The position numbers were made by a program, and so were the translations under genes. Source: an uncultured bacterium (lineage in GTDB: Bacteria; Acidobacteriota; Thermoanaerobaculia; Multivoradales; JAHZIX01). Taken from it: a stretch of DNA of 64,000 nucleotides. Shown here piece after piece: positions 48,017 through 60,103 of the stretch (positions are counted from its first letter, which is position 1; every line of letters starts with the position of its first letter). The notes beneath the pieces were generated by a model that worked only from the letters and a program-made list of their open reading frames with translations, had not been told where the DNA came from and searched no databases. The stretch is from positions 32,001-96,000 of the forward strand of contig CBDUPA010000021.1 of assembly GCA_965368975.1 (NCBI GenBank), in the 5' to 3' direction.

Positions 48017-49911
48017 CCGCCATCCTCGGAATCTCTGCCTTCTACCATGATTCCGCCGCCGCCCTGGTGGTGGACGGGGAGATCGTCGCGGCAGCCCAGG
48101 AGGAGCGGTTCACGCGCAAGAAGCACGACTTCGAATTCCCCACCAACGCCATCCGCTACTGCCTGGAAGAAGCCGGCCTGACGCCCGAGCAGCTCGACTA
48201 CGTCGGCTTCTACGACAAGCCCTACCTCAAATTCGATCGCCTGCTCGAGACCTACCTGGCCTACGCACCGGCCGGCTTCCGCTCCTTCCTGCAGGCCATG
48301 CCACTGTGGCTGCACCAGAAGCTGCACCTGCCGCGCGAGATGCGCAAAGGGCTCGATTGGGGAGACGCTGGAGGCAAGTACAGCAAGCGTTTCGTGTTCA
48401 CCGAGCATCACGAGTCGCACGCCGCCTCCGCCTTCTTCGCCTCGCCCTTCGAGAAGGCCGCCATCCTGACCCTCGACGGCGTCGGCGAATGGGCCACGGC
48501 CAGCTTTGGGCAGGGCTCCGGCAACCGCATCGAGCTGACGCACGAGCTGCACTTCCCGCATTCGCTCGGTTTGCTCTACTCCGCCTTCACCTACTACTGC
48601 GGCTTCAAGGTGAACTCGGGCGAGTACAAGCTGATGGGCCTGGCGCCCTACGGTGAGCCCAAGTACAAGGACCTCATCCTCGACCGCCTGCTCGACCTCA
48701 AGGACGACGGTTCCTTCCGCATGGATATGGCGTACTTCAACTACTGCCAGGGCCTGACCATGACGTCGAGCCGCTTCCACGACCTGTTCGGCGGGCCACC
48801 GCGGCAGCCAGAAACGCCGCTCAGCGAGCGCCAGATGGACCTGGCGGCCTCGATCCAGGCGGTGACCGAAGAGATCATGCTACGCGCCGCGCGCCATGTG
48901 CACGCACAGACCGGCCTCGACAAGCTGGTCCTGGCCGGCGGCGTCGCGCTCAACTGCGTCGGCAACGGTCGGTTGCTGCGCGAAGGGCCATTCTCCGAGA
49001 TCTGGGTACAGCCGGCCGCCGGTGACGCTGGTGGCGCGCTGGGCACCGCCCTGTTCATCTGGCACCAGCTGCTCGACAAGCCGCGGCAGCCTCCCGCCGC
49101 CGACCCCGACGGCCGACACCGGCGCGACCTGATGCGCGGCTCGCTGCTCGGCCCCGCCTTTCGGGTCGAGGAGATCCAGGCGTTCCTCGACCAGCAAGGC
49201 GCTAGCTACCAGCTCTACGACAGCGACCAGGCCCTGTGCGACGCCGTCGCCGGCCTGCTGGCCGAGGAGAACGTGGTCGGCTGGTTCCAGGGCCGCATGG
49301 AATTTGGCCCGCGTGCCCTCGGGAGTCGCAGCATCTTGGGCGACGCGCGAAGCCGCCAGATGCAGTCGGTGATGAACCTGAAGATCAAGTTCCGCGAGTC
49401 CTTCCGCCCGTTCGCACCCGTGGTGCTACGCGAGCGCGTCGCGGACTATTTCGATGCCCGGCAGGAAGAGGACAGCCCCTACATGCTGCTGGTCACCACC
49501 GTGCGTGAAGACCGGCGGCTGTCGGTTCCCGACCTGCTGCCGGACGGCTCCCCCGCCAAGGGTCTCGACCTGCTCAAGTTGCCGCGCTCCCAAGTACCGG
49601 CGATCACCCACGTCGACGACTCGGCGCGCCTGCAAACCGCCGACGCCGAGCGTCACGGCCGCTACCATCAACTGTTGCGTGCCTTCGAAGCGCGTACCGG
49701 CTGCCCGGTGCTGATCAACACCAGCTTCAACGTGCGCGGTGAGCCGATCGTGTGCAGCCCGCAGGAGGCCTACCACTGCTTCCTGGCCACCAACATGGAT
49801 GTCCTCGTGCTCGATCGCTGCGTCCTGCTCAGGAACGCCCAGCCGCAAGCCCACCTCGACGGACCGTCCGTCGACCGCGACGCCTACCTGGCGCAGTTCG
49901 AACTGGACTGA
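48013..49911 (+). CDS. O-carbamoyltransferase (NodU/CmcH family)
   Basis: ILGISAFYHDSAA, HHESHAASAF, GEYKLMGLAPYG, KFRESFRPFAP and NTSFNVRGEP. Confidence 0.95.
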   Translation: MTAILGISAFYHDSAAALVVDGEIVAAAQEERFTRKKHDFEFPTNAIRYCLEEAGLTPEQLDYVGFYDKPYLKFDRLLETYLAYAPAGFRSFLQAMPLWLHQKLHLPREMRKGLDWGDAGGKYSKRFVFTEHHESHAASAFFASPFEKAAILTLDGVGEWATASFGQGSGNRIELTHELHFPHSLGLLYSAFTYYCGFKVNSGEYKLMGLAPYGEPKYKDLILDRLLDLKDDGSFRMDMAYFNYCQGLTMTSSRFHDLFGGPPRQPETPLSERQMDLAASIQAVTEEIMLRAARHVHAQTGLDKLVLAGGVALNCVGNGRLLREGPFSEIWVQPAAGDAGGALGTALFIWHQLLDKPRQPPAADPDGRHRRDLMRGSLLGPAFRVEEIQAFLDQQGASYQLYDSDQALCDAVAGLLAEENVVGWFQGRMEFGPRALGSRSILGDARSRQMQSVMNLKIKFRESFRPFAPVVLRERVADYFDARQEEDSPYMLLVTTVREDRRLSVPDLLPDGSPAKGLDLLKLPRSQVPAITHVDDSARLQTADAERHGRYHQLLRAFEARTGCPVLINTSFNVRGEPIVCSPQEAYHCFLATNMDVLVLDRCVLLRNAQPQAHLDGPSVDRDAYLAQFELD

Positions 49912-49955
49912 TGAGTAATTGAGCTGATGCGTAAGCTGGACGAAGGAGCGGCACC

Positions 49956-50378
49956 ATGATTCAAATCAATCGTAATCTCAGCGCGCGTCAGCTGCGCACC
50001 TTCGGCCTGCTGTGGCTGCTGTTCTTCGGCTTCTTCGCCTACCGCCTGTGGCACGCTGGCTGGCAGACCACGGGCTCGGCGCTCGCCGCCGCTGCCCTGC
50101 TGGTACCCTTGATCGGCTGGTGGTGGCTGCCGCTGCTACGGTGGGCCTACATCGGCCTCAGCTACGCCGTCTTCCCGATCGGCTGGCTGGTCTCGCACTT
50201 GCTGCTGGCCATCGTTTACTATGGGGTCTTGACCCCGATCGGCCTCAGCCTGCGCCTGTTCGGCAAAGACCTGCTGCAGCGGCGCCTCGATCCCAAGACG
50301 CAGGGCAGCAGCGGCGCCAGTTACTGGATCGAACGTCCACCACCGCCACGGGCCGAGCGCTACTTCCGACAGTTCTGA
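49956..50378 (+). CDS. SxtJ-family membrane protein
   Basis: QLRTFG...PIGWLVS...VLTPIG...SYWI...YFRQF. Follows the carbamoyltransferase. Confidence 0.85.
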   Translation: MIQINRNLSARQLRTFGLLWLLFFGFFAYRLWHAGWQTTGSALAAAALLVPLIGWWWLPLLRWAYIGLSYAVFPIGWLVSHLLLAIVYYGVLTPIGLSLRLFGKDLLQRRLDPKTQGSSGASYWIERPPPPRAERYFRQF

Positions 50379-50435
50379 CCGCGCCTTTCCCAGCGCACCC
50401 ATCACACAACCGTCGCCGTTCCAGCAAGGAGCCGC

Positions 50436-50720
50436 ATGATGCCTGCACCCGAGAGCCAGGATTCGCCCGCCACCTCCCAGCAGCCCGCTTCTACGCAGAC
50501 GGGTGCTCAGCAGACGGGTGCTCAGCGGACGGGCGTCGAGAGCGAGTTCGAGCGTGCTGCCACGGGCAAGCAAGCCGGCCTGTTGCAAGAGCTGTGGGGC
50601 TTCGTCTGGGAAAGCAAGAAGTGGTGGTTGACGCCGATCCTACTGGTGCTGCTCCTGCTCGCGGCGTTCGTCCTCTTCGGTGGCGGCTCCGCCGCGCCTT
50701 TCATCTACACCCTTTTCTGA
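50436..50720 (+). CDS. DUF5989 family small membrane protein
   Basis: ELWGFVWESKKWWLTPI...AAPFIYTLF. Confidence 0.88.
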   Translation: MMPAPESQDSPATSQQPASTQTGAQQTGAQRTGVESEFERAATGKQAGLLQELWGFVWESKKWWLTPILLVLLLLAAFVLFGGGSAAPFIYTLF

Positions 50721-50735
50721 GTCTCCGGAGTCCGC

Positions 50736-52373
50736 ATGAGCCTTGAAATCAATCAAATCCCGCACCGCGTGCTGCGCAAGTTGCACGCCAACCAGGCCGT
50801 CGTGCTGACTACCGGCCACCTGGGCGACAAGGTTCTGGTCTCCACCAGCCTCGACCCCGGCGACCTCTACGAGACGTCCGAGCTGAGCAGCTTCGCCGAG
50901 TGCCGGCGGCAGGAGAACGTGCACTCGATCACCATGACCATCCTCAAGGTCGACCGCGAGGTGATCCTGGAGTCGACCAGCCACCTGGAGAGCCGCTACC
51001 GCATCATCTCCGAGCTGGACACCCTCCTGCAGTACAACCAGGACGTCTACGTGGTCTACGTGATCACCCACTACAACCCAGCTCAGAAGCCCTTCGGCCC
51101 CCTGACCATCAACATCGGCGGCGACTGCCACCGCACCGGCCGGCACATCCGCGACCTGCAGTCCATCCTGACGCGCACGCGCGACCTGGCCGAGGCGATG
51201 CTCAAGAAGTCCGTGATGATCTTCCCCGACATCCCGGCACTGCACGGCGGCAAGAAGGGCGAGTGGATCATCCTCGACCGTCACGGTGACAAGATCGATG
51301 GCCTGTCCGAAGAAGCCATCATCGCGCTCGGCTCGGCGATCATCCCCAAGGGTATTGGCTTCCTCAACCGCTACAAAGAGATGCAAGCGCGCGACATGGG
51401 GATCTGCGAACGCTTCCCGCGGCAAAACTACATCATGCCCGACAGCGGCTCACCGGACGTCCTCTCCGGCGTCTTCTGGCGCGGCGAGCGCAAAGACAAG
51501 TACATCAATATGTGCGACGCCTGGTACCAGCGCGGCACCAACATGGCACAGTTCACCTGCCTGCCCGCCAACCTCGGCGGCACCATCGACTCGTCGGCCC
51601 GGCCCACCGGCTACGGCGTCAGCACCACCACGGTCGAGCTGGCCAAGCGTTATTTCGAGCCGCGTGGTCGCGACCTGCAGTCGTTGCAGTTTCTGCTCGA
51701 GGCCGCCGGCAACGTCGGGCAGAACACCATCGAGTCCCTGATCCAGCAGTACGGCGTGCCGCCCGAGAACATCACCGTCTTCGACCGCGCCGACCCGGCG
51801 ACCAAGGCGGCGATGGAAAAGTACCGCGTCAACGGCATCACCCTGCGCCACGGCGACTTCTACGAAGTCCGCCTGCCCGAAGAGGTACGTCAAGGTAAGA
51901 GCTACGACGTGTGGGTGAACAACGGCGAGGGCGACAACACCACGCCCAGCTACGTCGACAATCTGCTGGCGGCCGGCGTCAAGGTCTTCGCCGGTGGCGC
52001 CAACAACCTGCTACAGGTACGCACCGAGACCGAGTCCCGCCAGCGCATCTTCGACGCCGGCGGTTGGATCTGGCCCGATCCCGCGACCAGCGGTGGCGGC
52101 TGGACCCTGGCGGTGATCGACATCATGACCCGCTGCCAGAACCGCAAGACCAACACCCCGGAGATCCAGCAGCGCATCCTCGACATCATCACCAGCCGCA
52201 ACCGCCGCCTGGTCGAGGACGTGCTCGACGGCAACTCCGAACTCAGCGGCAGCGACATCTGGAAGCGCGTCGACCGCCTGATCGAGGCACGCGTGCAGAA
52301 GACCCTGTCCCTGGATCTCTCGCCACGCGAGATCTTCGACGGCGCCGATACAACCAAGTGGGCGTTGGTCTGA
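50736..52373 (+). CDS. Divergent Glu/Leu/Phe/Val dehydrogenase-like protein with N-terminal extension
   Basis: LAEAMLKK, HGGKKG, DSSARPTGYGV, AAGNVG, AGGANN and WPDPATSGGG line up with ELFV dehydrogenase motifs. Confidence 0.65.
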   Translation: MSLEINQIPHRVLRKLHANQAVVLTTGHLGDKVLVSTSLDPGDLYETSELSSFAECRRQENVHSITMTILKVDREVILESTSHLESRYRIISELDTLLQYNQDVYVVYVITHYNPAQKPFGPLTINIGGDCHRTGRHIRDLQSILTRTRDLAEAMLKKSVMIFPDIPALHGGKKGEWIILDRHGDKIDGLSEEAIIALGSAIIPKGIGFLNRYKEMQARDMGICERFPRQNYIMPDSGSPDVLSGVFWRGERKDKYINMCDAWYQRGTNMAQFTCLPANLGGTIDSSARPTGYGVSTTTVELAKRYFEPRGRDLQSLQFLLEAAGNVGQNTIESLIQQYGVPPENITVFDRADPATKAAMEKYRVNGITLRHGDFYEVRLPEEVRQGKSYDVWVNNGEGDNTTPSYVDNLLAAGVKVFAGGANNLLQVRTETESRQRIFDAGGWIWPDPATSGGGWTLAVIDIMTRCQNRKTNTPEIQQRILDIITSRNRRLVEDVLDGNSELSGSDIWKRVDRLIEARVQKTLSLDLSPREIFDGADTTKWALV

Positions 52374-52473
52374 CGACCAACCGCACTTGATCGTATCCTT
52401 CGTTTGCTAGGGGCCCTCGGCGACCCCCCTCCTATTCGCGGCTCCGCCGCGGGGACCAAGTGGGCGTTGGTCT
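52353..52473. repeat. 19-bp direct repeat (ACCAAGTGGGCGTTGGTCT at 52353-52371 and 52455-52473) duplicating a gene 3' end
   Basis: Exact match seen in the sequence. Confidence 0.85.
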
Positions 52474-52495
52474 AGAACCAGGTCCGCATTCCGGT

Positions 52496-52521
52496 GTAGG
52501 GACAGGCCAATGTGCCTGCCC
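52496..52521 (+). repeat. Single GTAG-type REP copy
   Basis: GTAGGGACAGGCCAATGTGCCTGCCC is nearly identical to the REP at 16783. Confidence 0.7.
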
Positions 52522-52675
52522 TGCGGCGTAGCCGCATCCGGATCCCGTAACCTGGAAAAGGCGAATGCCACCAGGCTCAGGGCTCGGTGGCATTCTCTTC
52601 TCGGTCTCCGCCAGGTCAACTCAAAGCAAACAACAAGGCATTACTTCTGCTCGGCGCGCTTGTGCTGGGTGCGGC

Positions 52676-54007
52676 TCACTTCTGCTGCACACGGCTGAGC
52701 GCGCCAGAGAGCTCTTCGATCAGGGTTGCGGACACCTGCTCCATGTGGGCCGCCTTCTGGAACACGATGAGCGCGGCCATGGCCTCGCGGTGCAATTCCA
52801 GTGACTGGAAGATGGGCAGGGTCTCTTCGGCCAGCTGACGCATGGCGGTGACGCGGCCCTGGCGAGCGTAGATGCTGGCCAGGTCGAGCGACACCCAGGC
52901 GGCGTCGTAGCCGATTTCGTGGTCGATGAACGCACGCCGGACATCCACCAGGGCGGATTCGGCATCGTCGATCTGACCAGCGGCGATGGAAATGCGACCT
53001 TCCAGCCAGCGCAGGCGGACCAGGTCCAGCTCGTTGGCGAACTGACGGTGCAGGTCGCGGGTCTCTTCGAGCAGGTTCAGCGCTTCCTGCTGCTGCCCCT
53101 TCTCGCTCAGGTAGAAGCACAGGTTGTGGGTCGCCACCAGCATCAGGCGCGGTTCCTGCTCGGGCTCGATCCAGGCCAGGCCCCTGCGCAGCAGACGAAC
53201 CGCCTCCTCGGTGTGGTCCTGCTTGCCGGCCAGCAGGCCCTGTCCGATCAGCACGCGACCTTCCAGGTGGCGATCCTCCAGCTTGCGGTACAGAAGGGCA
53301 GCACGCTGCAGGCAATGGGTCGCGTCCTTGAGCCGGTGGTTGTCGCGGAACAGCGACGCCTTCAGCTCGAAGATACGGCCCTTCTCCAGTGGATCACCGC
53401 TCCCCTTCTGGATCAGCGATTCGGCCAGGTCGAACGCCTTCTCGGCACCGTGCAGGTCCGAGCGGATACGGCGGGCATTGCCCAGCATTGCCCAGGCGCG
53501 CGCCTTGATGTCGTACGCCAGGGGTGCCGAGCAGGTCTCGACATCCAGCTCATAGGCCATGCTCACCGCCACCTCGGCCAGCTGTAGCGCTCGGTGCGGA
53601 TCCTGCACGCACGCGTGCCAGGAGCGCTCCAGAATCAGCTCGCACAGCGACCAGCTGCGGAAGCGGGAGTCGTTGCACACCATCAGGCGCTGCTGCTCCA
53701 GCGGCCGCCGGGTCAGCTCTTCGAACAGGTGCTCGGCGGTTTCCGTGTCGGCGCTCAGCTGGCTTTCCCAATCGAAAGCACGGCTGGTCATGCGCATCCA
53801 GGACGCCGTGTACAGGTGCTCGAAATCTTCGTCCAGACCTGCCATGTCAGTCAGATCAGACGTCATTTCGGTGCCTTCGGTCGCTTCGTACCAGGCAGTG
53901 TCGTCGTCACGCCTCAGCGCGGCACGCACCATCGAGCAAGCCTCTTCCGGCGTTAGATCGAAATCCAGTTTCCAGAGTTGCGACCGATCCAAACTGCTCG
54001 AAGTCAT
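52676..54007 (-). CDS. Tetratricopeptide-repeat-like protein
   Basis: GGGAGG RBS and helical repeats (ARAWAMLGNARRI, RLRWLEGRI, YDAAWVSLDLA). Paralogous to 62481..63725. Confidence 0.8.
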   Translation of the reverse strand: MTSSSLDRSQLWKLDFDLTPEEACSMVRAALRRDDDTAWYEATEGTEMTSDLTDMAGLDEDFEHLYTASWMRMTSRAFDWESQLSADTETAEHLFEELTRRPLEQQRLMVCNDSRFRSWSLCELILERSWHACVQDPHRALQLAEVAVSMAYELDVETCSAPLAYDIKARAWAMLGNARRIRSDLHGAEKAFDLAESLIQKGSGDPLEKGRIFELKASLFRDNHRLKDATHCLQRAALLYRKLEDRHLEGRVLIGQGLLAGKQDHTEEAVRLLRRGLAWIEPEQEPRLMLVATHNLCFYLSEKGQQQEALNLLEETRDLHRQFANELDLVRLRWLEGRISIAAGQIDDAESALVDVRRAFIDHEIGYDAAWVSLDLASIYARQGRVTAMRQLAEETLPIFQSLELHREAMAALIVFQKAAHMEQVSATLIEELSGALSRVQQK

Positions 54008-54333
54008 CACCAGACCTCCCCCCGTGTTTATCGGACATCTCATACGGGGCTTCGATCGAGATGAACCGGGCTGGTTTTCCGAAATGGAAAACCTTCAACC
54101 TAATATCACATGCTTATCAAAGAAGTCTCACGACTCTGGGCCGCTGACTGTCCTCTTTCTTGGGGCTCTTGTCGCCCTTCGCCATGATCAGCTCGCTCTA
54201 GGCTCTGAGATTCAGGTGAGCTGAGATCAGCCGCACTAGATCGAGCTGTGGCAATTATCCATTTGGGTCAAGTGTCGGGCCGGCGTCGAGACAACCTTCG
54301 ATCACCGCGTGACGCTGAGCACAAACACTGACT

Positions 54334-54387
54334 GGGCTGTTCCGGTGCACTGGAATGTTCCGGTGCATTAGGCTGTTTCGGTGCGTC
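54334..54387. repeat. Three 18-bp tandem repeats
   Basis: GGGCTGTTCCGGTGCACT / GGAATGTTCCGGTGCATT / AGGCTGTTTCGGTGCGTC. Confidence 0.75.
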
Positions 54388-54598
54388 GGCTTTTGGACTT
54401 TCATCGCTTTTGCATCCGATCCGAGACCATCCATGAGGTTTGCGTCACATCCAAGAGCTGAAGGGAAGTCTCCGCCCGGCCTTGGATCTTCACGTCGGCG
54501 GTGAGGTCGTCCTGCACCTGCCTTCAGTAGATCTAGTGCATACGACCCTGCAGAGTGGGACAAGATTTTCCGATTTGGTTCGCTTTTCAAGATACGGA

Positions 54599-55336
54599 CT
54601 ACCAATATATGCCTAGATCTGCCAGCTGCTGCTCGAAGAGCGGGGCCCAGCCAGCGTTGGCCTGAGGGTTCGCGGGACTGGGATGCAACACCCGTCCAAC
54701 GTTGTCCGCAACACGCGGTGGCAGCGCTGCCTGGGCACGGGTTTCGGCGAAGCGGCCGATGCCGATCACCCGTCGCGGCTCCAGCACCTCGACGAGCGCG
54801 GCCAGGGCCCGGTCGCAGGCTTCGTAGAGAGCAGCGCGCTCCTCCGCCTTCAGGCGGTCCGGCGTACGGTTGCGGCCAGTGTCCTCGAGGAAGATCAGTG
54901 GACAGTAGTTGGCGATGAAGAAGTGTTCGAAGAAGCGGTCCGGCGTGCCGAAGGTGTCGTGCGCCCACCCCCACAATCGCTTGCCGCTCGGCTCGCGTCG
55001 AGTGCAGGCAAAGCCCAGGACAGGGCGCTTGGGGTGCTCGTCGGGCGGCTTGGCGACCGGCGCCTCAATGCCGAGCCAGTCGCGCACCAGTTCGACTTCA
55101 CCGAAGGGCACACCGGTCTGCGCCATGCCCCACGGCCCCGGGTTCATACCCAGCAGCAACACCCGATCTCGACCGGCCCGCGAACCCAGACCGGCGAAGC
55201 GGCGCAGATACTCGGCGAAGGGCACGGCAGCATAGACCAGGGGGTTGTAGACGTGCGTCACCGGTGCGGCGAAGCGCATGCGATCGAGCTCGCCGATCAA
55301 CTGCTCGTGGATGGACTGAATTCGCTCGAGCATCAC
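54599..55336 (-). CDS. SMUG1-type uracil-DNA glycosylase
   Basis: YNPLVYA, GMNPGPWGMAQTGVPFG, NYCPL and HPSPANP. Confidence 0.93.
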   Translation of the reverse strand: MMLERIQSIHEQLIGELDRMRFAAPVTHVYNPLVYAAVPFAEYLRRFAGLGSRAGRDRVLLLGMNPGPWGMAQTGVPFGEVELVRDWLGIEAPVAKPPDEHPKRPVLGFACTRREPSGKRLWGWAHDTFGTPDRFFEHFFIANYCPLIFLEDTGRNRTPDRLKAEERAALYEACDRALAALVEVLEPRRVIGIGRFAETRAQAALPPRVADNVGRVLHPSPANPQANAGWAPLFEQQLADLGIYW

Positions 55337-56676
55337 TTCACTTTCATGACCACCAGGGTGACGTCATCGGCCTGCTCGGCGTCCCCTTTGAAGTTCCACA
55401 GATCCGCCAGGATGCCATCGCGGATGTCGCGTGGACCCCGACCATCGGCCGCCAGCGTGCGGAAGCGCCGCACCAGGCGCTCGTCCCCGAACAGGTCCCC
55501 GCGCCTGTCGCGCAGCTCGGTGATGCCGTCCGAGTAGAAGAGCAGCACGTCCCCCGGGGCCAGCTCGACTTCCGCCTGACTGTAGCGTGCGTTGGCGAGG
55601 CAGCCCAACGGCAGCGCCGGCAAAGCATGCTCGGCAACACCACCGGTAGCCGCGACGTAGTGCATCGGTGGCAGGTGGCCGGCACTCGACAACACCATGC
55701 GGCCGGCACCGCGGTCGACCACGGCACACAGGAGAGTGATGAACAGACGGCGGTCCGTGGTCGCTTTGACCATGCGGTTGAGCCGCTGCATCACTTCCAC
55801 CGGCAACGGCAGGCTCTCGCGCAGCAGGTACAGACAGCTACGGACACCCGAGATCAGCAAGCCGGCCGCCACCCCGTGTCCGGCGACGTCTCCGACCACG
55901 ATACTGAGTCGACCGTCGGGCAGCCGTAGATAGTCGTAGTAGTCGCCCCCCACCTCCGTCGCCGGCAGCGACGCACTGCTCAGTTCCAGGCCCGGCACCG
56001 CCGGATCGCTGCCCGGCAGCATGCTCAGCTGGATACGGCGCGCGTACTCGAGTTCCTGCCGCATGCGCGTGCGCTCCCGGTGCTGACGCACCTCGCGCGC
56101 CCACTCGCTGACGAAACGCCGGCGCATCCGCTGCGTCCAGCTCATGCCCGCCACCAAGGCGATCAGGGTCACGATGCCGAAGACGATGAAAGCCCGCGTC
56201 TGCACCAACTCCTCGAGCGGTTGCGGGAAGAGCAGGTAGCGCGCCAGTGCACCAGCCCACAGCACACCGCCGCTGAGCAGCAGGACTTCCATGGTCGCCA
56301 GCCGGAACGCCAACAAGGCGATCGGCACCAGGTACTCCCAGAACACCATCCCCTGCCCGAGGTACAGCGTCAGGCCCAGCGCCAGCAGGTACTCCGCCAG
56401 CACGAAGCCGAGAATGGCGTAGCGCAAGAAGCGATCGAAGGTCGGCCGTTCGATCAGCAGCGACAAACCGCGCAGCAGCAGTAGGTTGAGCACCGGCGGC
56501 ACGAGCAGTGTCCAGCGCTCGGTGCCGAGGAAGAGCAGCAGCGCCAACGCCGACACCCCAGCCAGCAGGAACATGAGGTGCTCTAGCACCCAGACGTTCC
56601 ACGCGTCCAGGTGCCGCCGCACCGCCTTGTCCTCAGGCAGGTGGATCAGCTCGTCCATAGAAGGGGTCGGCGCCAT
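55333..56676 (-). CDS. Membrane-bound PP2C/SpoIIE (RsbU-like) phosphatase
   Basis: N-terminal TM helices, ARRIQLSMLP, EVGGDYYD, GDVAGHG, YSDGITE and DDVTLVV. Confidence 0.92.
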   Translation of the reverse strand: MAPTPSMDELIHLPEDKAVRRHLDAWNVWVLEHLMFLLAGVSALALLLFLGTERWTLLVPPVLNLLLLRGLSLLIERPTFDRFLRYAILGFVLAEYLLALGLTLYLGQGMVFWEYLVPIALLAFRLATMEVLLLSGGVLWAGALARYLLFPQPLEELVQTRAFIVFGIVTLIALVAGMSWTQRMRRRFVSEWAREVRQHRERTRMRQELEYARRIQLSMLPGSDPAVPGLELSSASLPATEVGGDYYDYLRLPDGRLSIVVGDVAGHGVAAGLLISGVRSCLYLLRESLPLPVEVMQRLNRMVKATTDRRLFITLLCAVVDRGAGRMVLSSAGHLPPMHYVAATGGVAEHALPALPLGCLANARYSQAEVELAPGDVLLFYSDGITELRDRRGDLFGDERLVRRFRTLAADGRGPRDIRDGILADLWNFKGDAEQADDVTLVVMKVK

Positions 56677-56698
56677 AGGAAGCCAAAGACTAGCAGGT

Positions 56699-59209
<2,511 letters not shown>

Positions 59210-59338
59210 GACGAAGTCAGTGTAGCAGGCGTCCATTCGAAGCTGAGCGACGAAGAAGATAGCATCGGCACGATCGCACCTCGGACAGCCGAGCCAATCC
59301 CCTCACCCTCAGAACCCAGACACCAACGGAGGTCCCCC

Positions 59339-60103
59339 GTGCACCGATTCTTCGCCTCACACCTCGCCAGCATCCTGCTCGCGACCGCCCTGCTGCCCAC
59401 CGCGGCAACCGCCGTCGAGCCCGGCTCCGATCCCAAGGCCATCGCCCTCGCCGAGGCCACCGTCGAAGCCATGGGCGGACAAGCCGCCTGGGACGCCACG
59501 CGTCACATCTGCTTCACCTTCGTCCACCGCCGCCACCACTGCTGGGACAAGTACACCGGCGACCACCGTATGAGCCTGGAAGACGACGGCAAGTCTGTCG
59601 TCGTACTGCACAACATCGACAGCCGCGAAGGTGAGGTCTACATCGACGGCCAGGCACAGAGCGGGGACACCCAGCAAGAGTGGCTGGACAACGCCTACGG
59701 CGCCTGGATCAACGACACCTACTGGCTGGTGATGCCCTACAAGCTGCTCGACCCCGGTGTCACGCTCACCTATGACCGCGCCGAGGAACTCGGCGGCACC
59801 CTCTACGATGTCCTCGAGCTCCAGTTCCAGAACGTCGGCCTGACGCCGGGCGACACTTACTGGGCCTTCCTGGACCGCGAGACCGGCCTGATGGGTCGCT
59901 GGGAGTACCATCTGCAGAGCTACGGCGCCGACGATCCACCGACCGGCTGGAACTGGACCGGTTGGGCTCCCCATGGCAACATCCTGCTCGCCCCCGGCCG
60001 CAAGAACGACGCCGGCCGTGAACTCCCCCTGACCGACATCGCGGTGTATGACGAGCTGCCGGAAGCGGTGTATGCGTCGGTGGCGGGGGCGGACTTGCCC
60101 TGA
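59339..60103 (+). CDS. Exported hypothetical protein
   Basis: GGAGG RBS, signal peptide, AMGGQAAWD...WINDTYWLVMPYKL...VGLTPGD pattern. Confidence 0.75.
   Translation: MHRFFASHLASILLATALLPTAATAVEPGSDPKAIALAEATVEAMGGQAAWDATRHICFTFVHRRHHCWDKYTGDHRMSLEDDGKSVVVLHNIDSREGEVYIDGQAQSGDTQQEWLDNAYGAWINDTYWLVMPYKLLDPGVTLTYDRAEELGGTLYDVLELQFQNVGLTPGDTYWAFLDRETGLMGRWEYHLQSYGADDPPTGWNWTGWAPHGNILLAPGRKNDAGRELPLTDIAVYDELPEAVYASVAGADLP

Noticed and set aside
48013-50720. Saxitoxin biosynthesis cluster
   Set aside because: Only the widespread sxtI/J/K-like trio is present. No sxtA, sxtG or other core genes are in the window.
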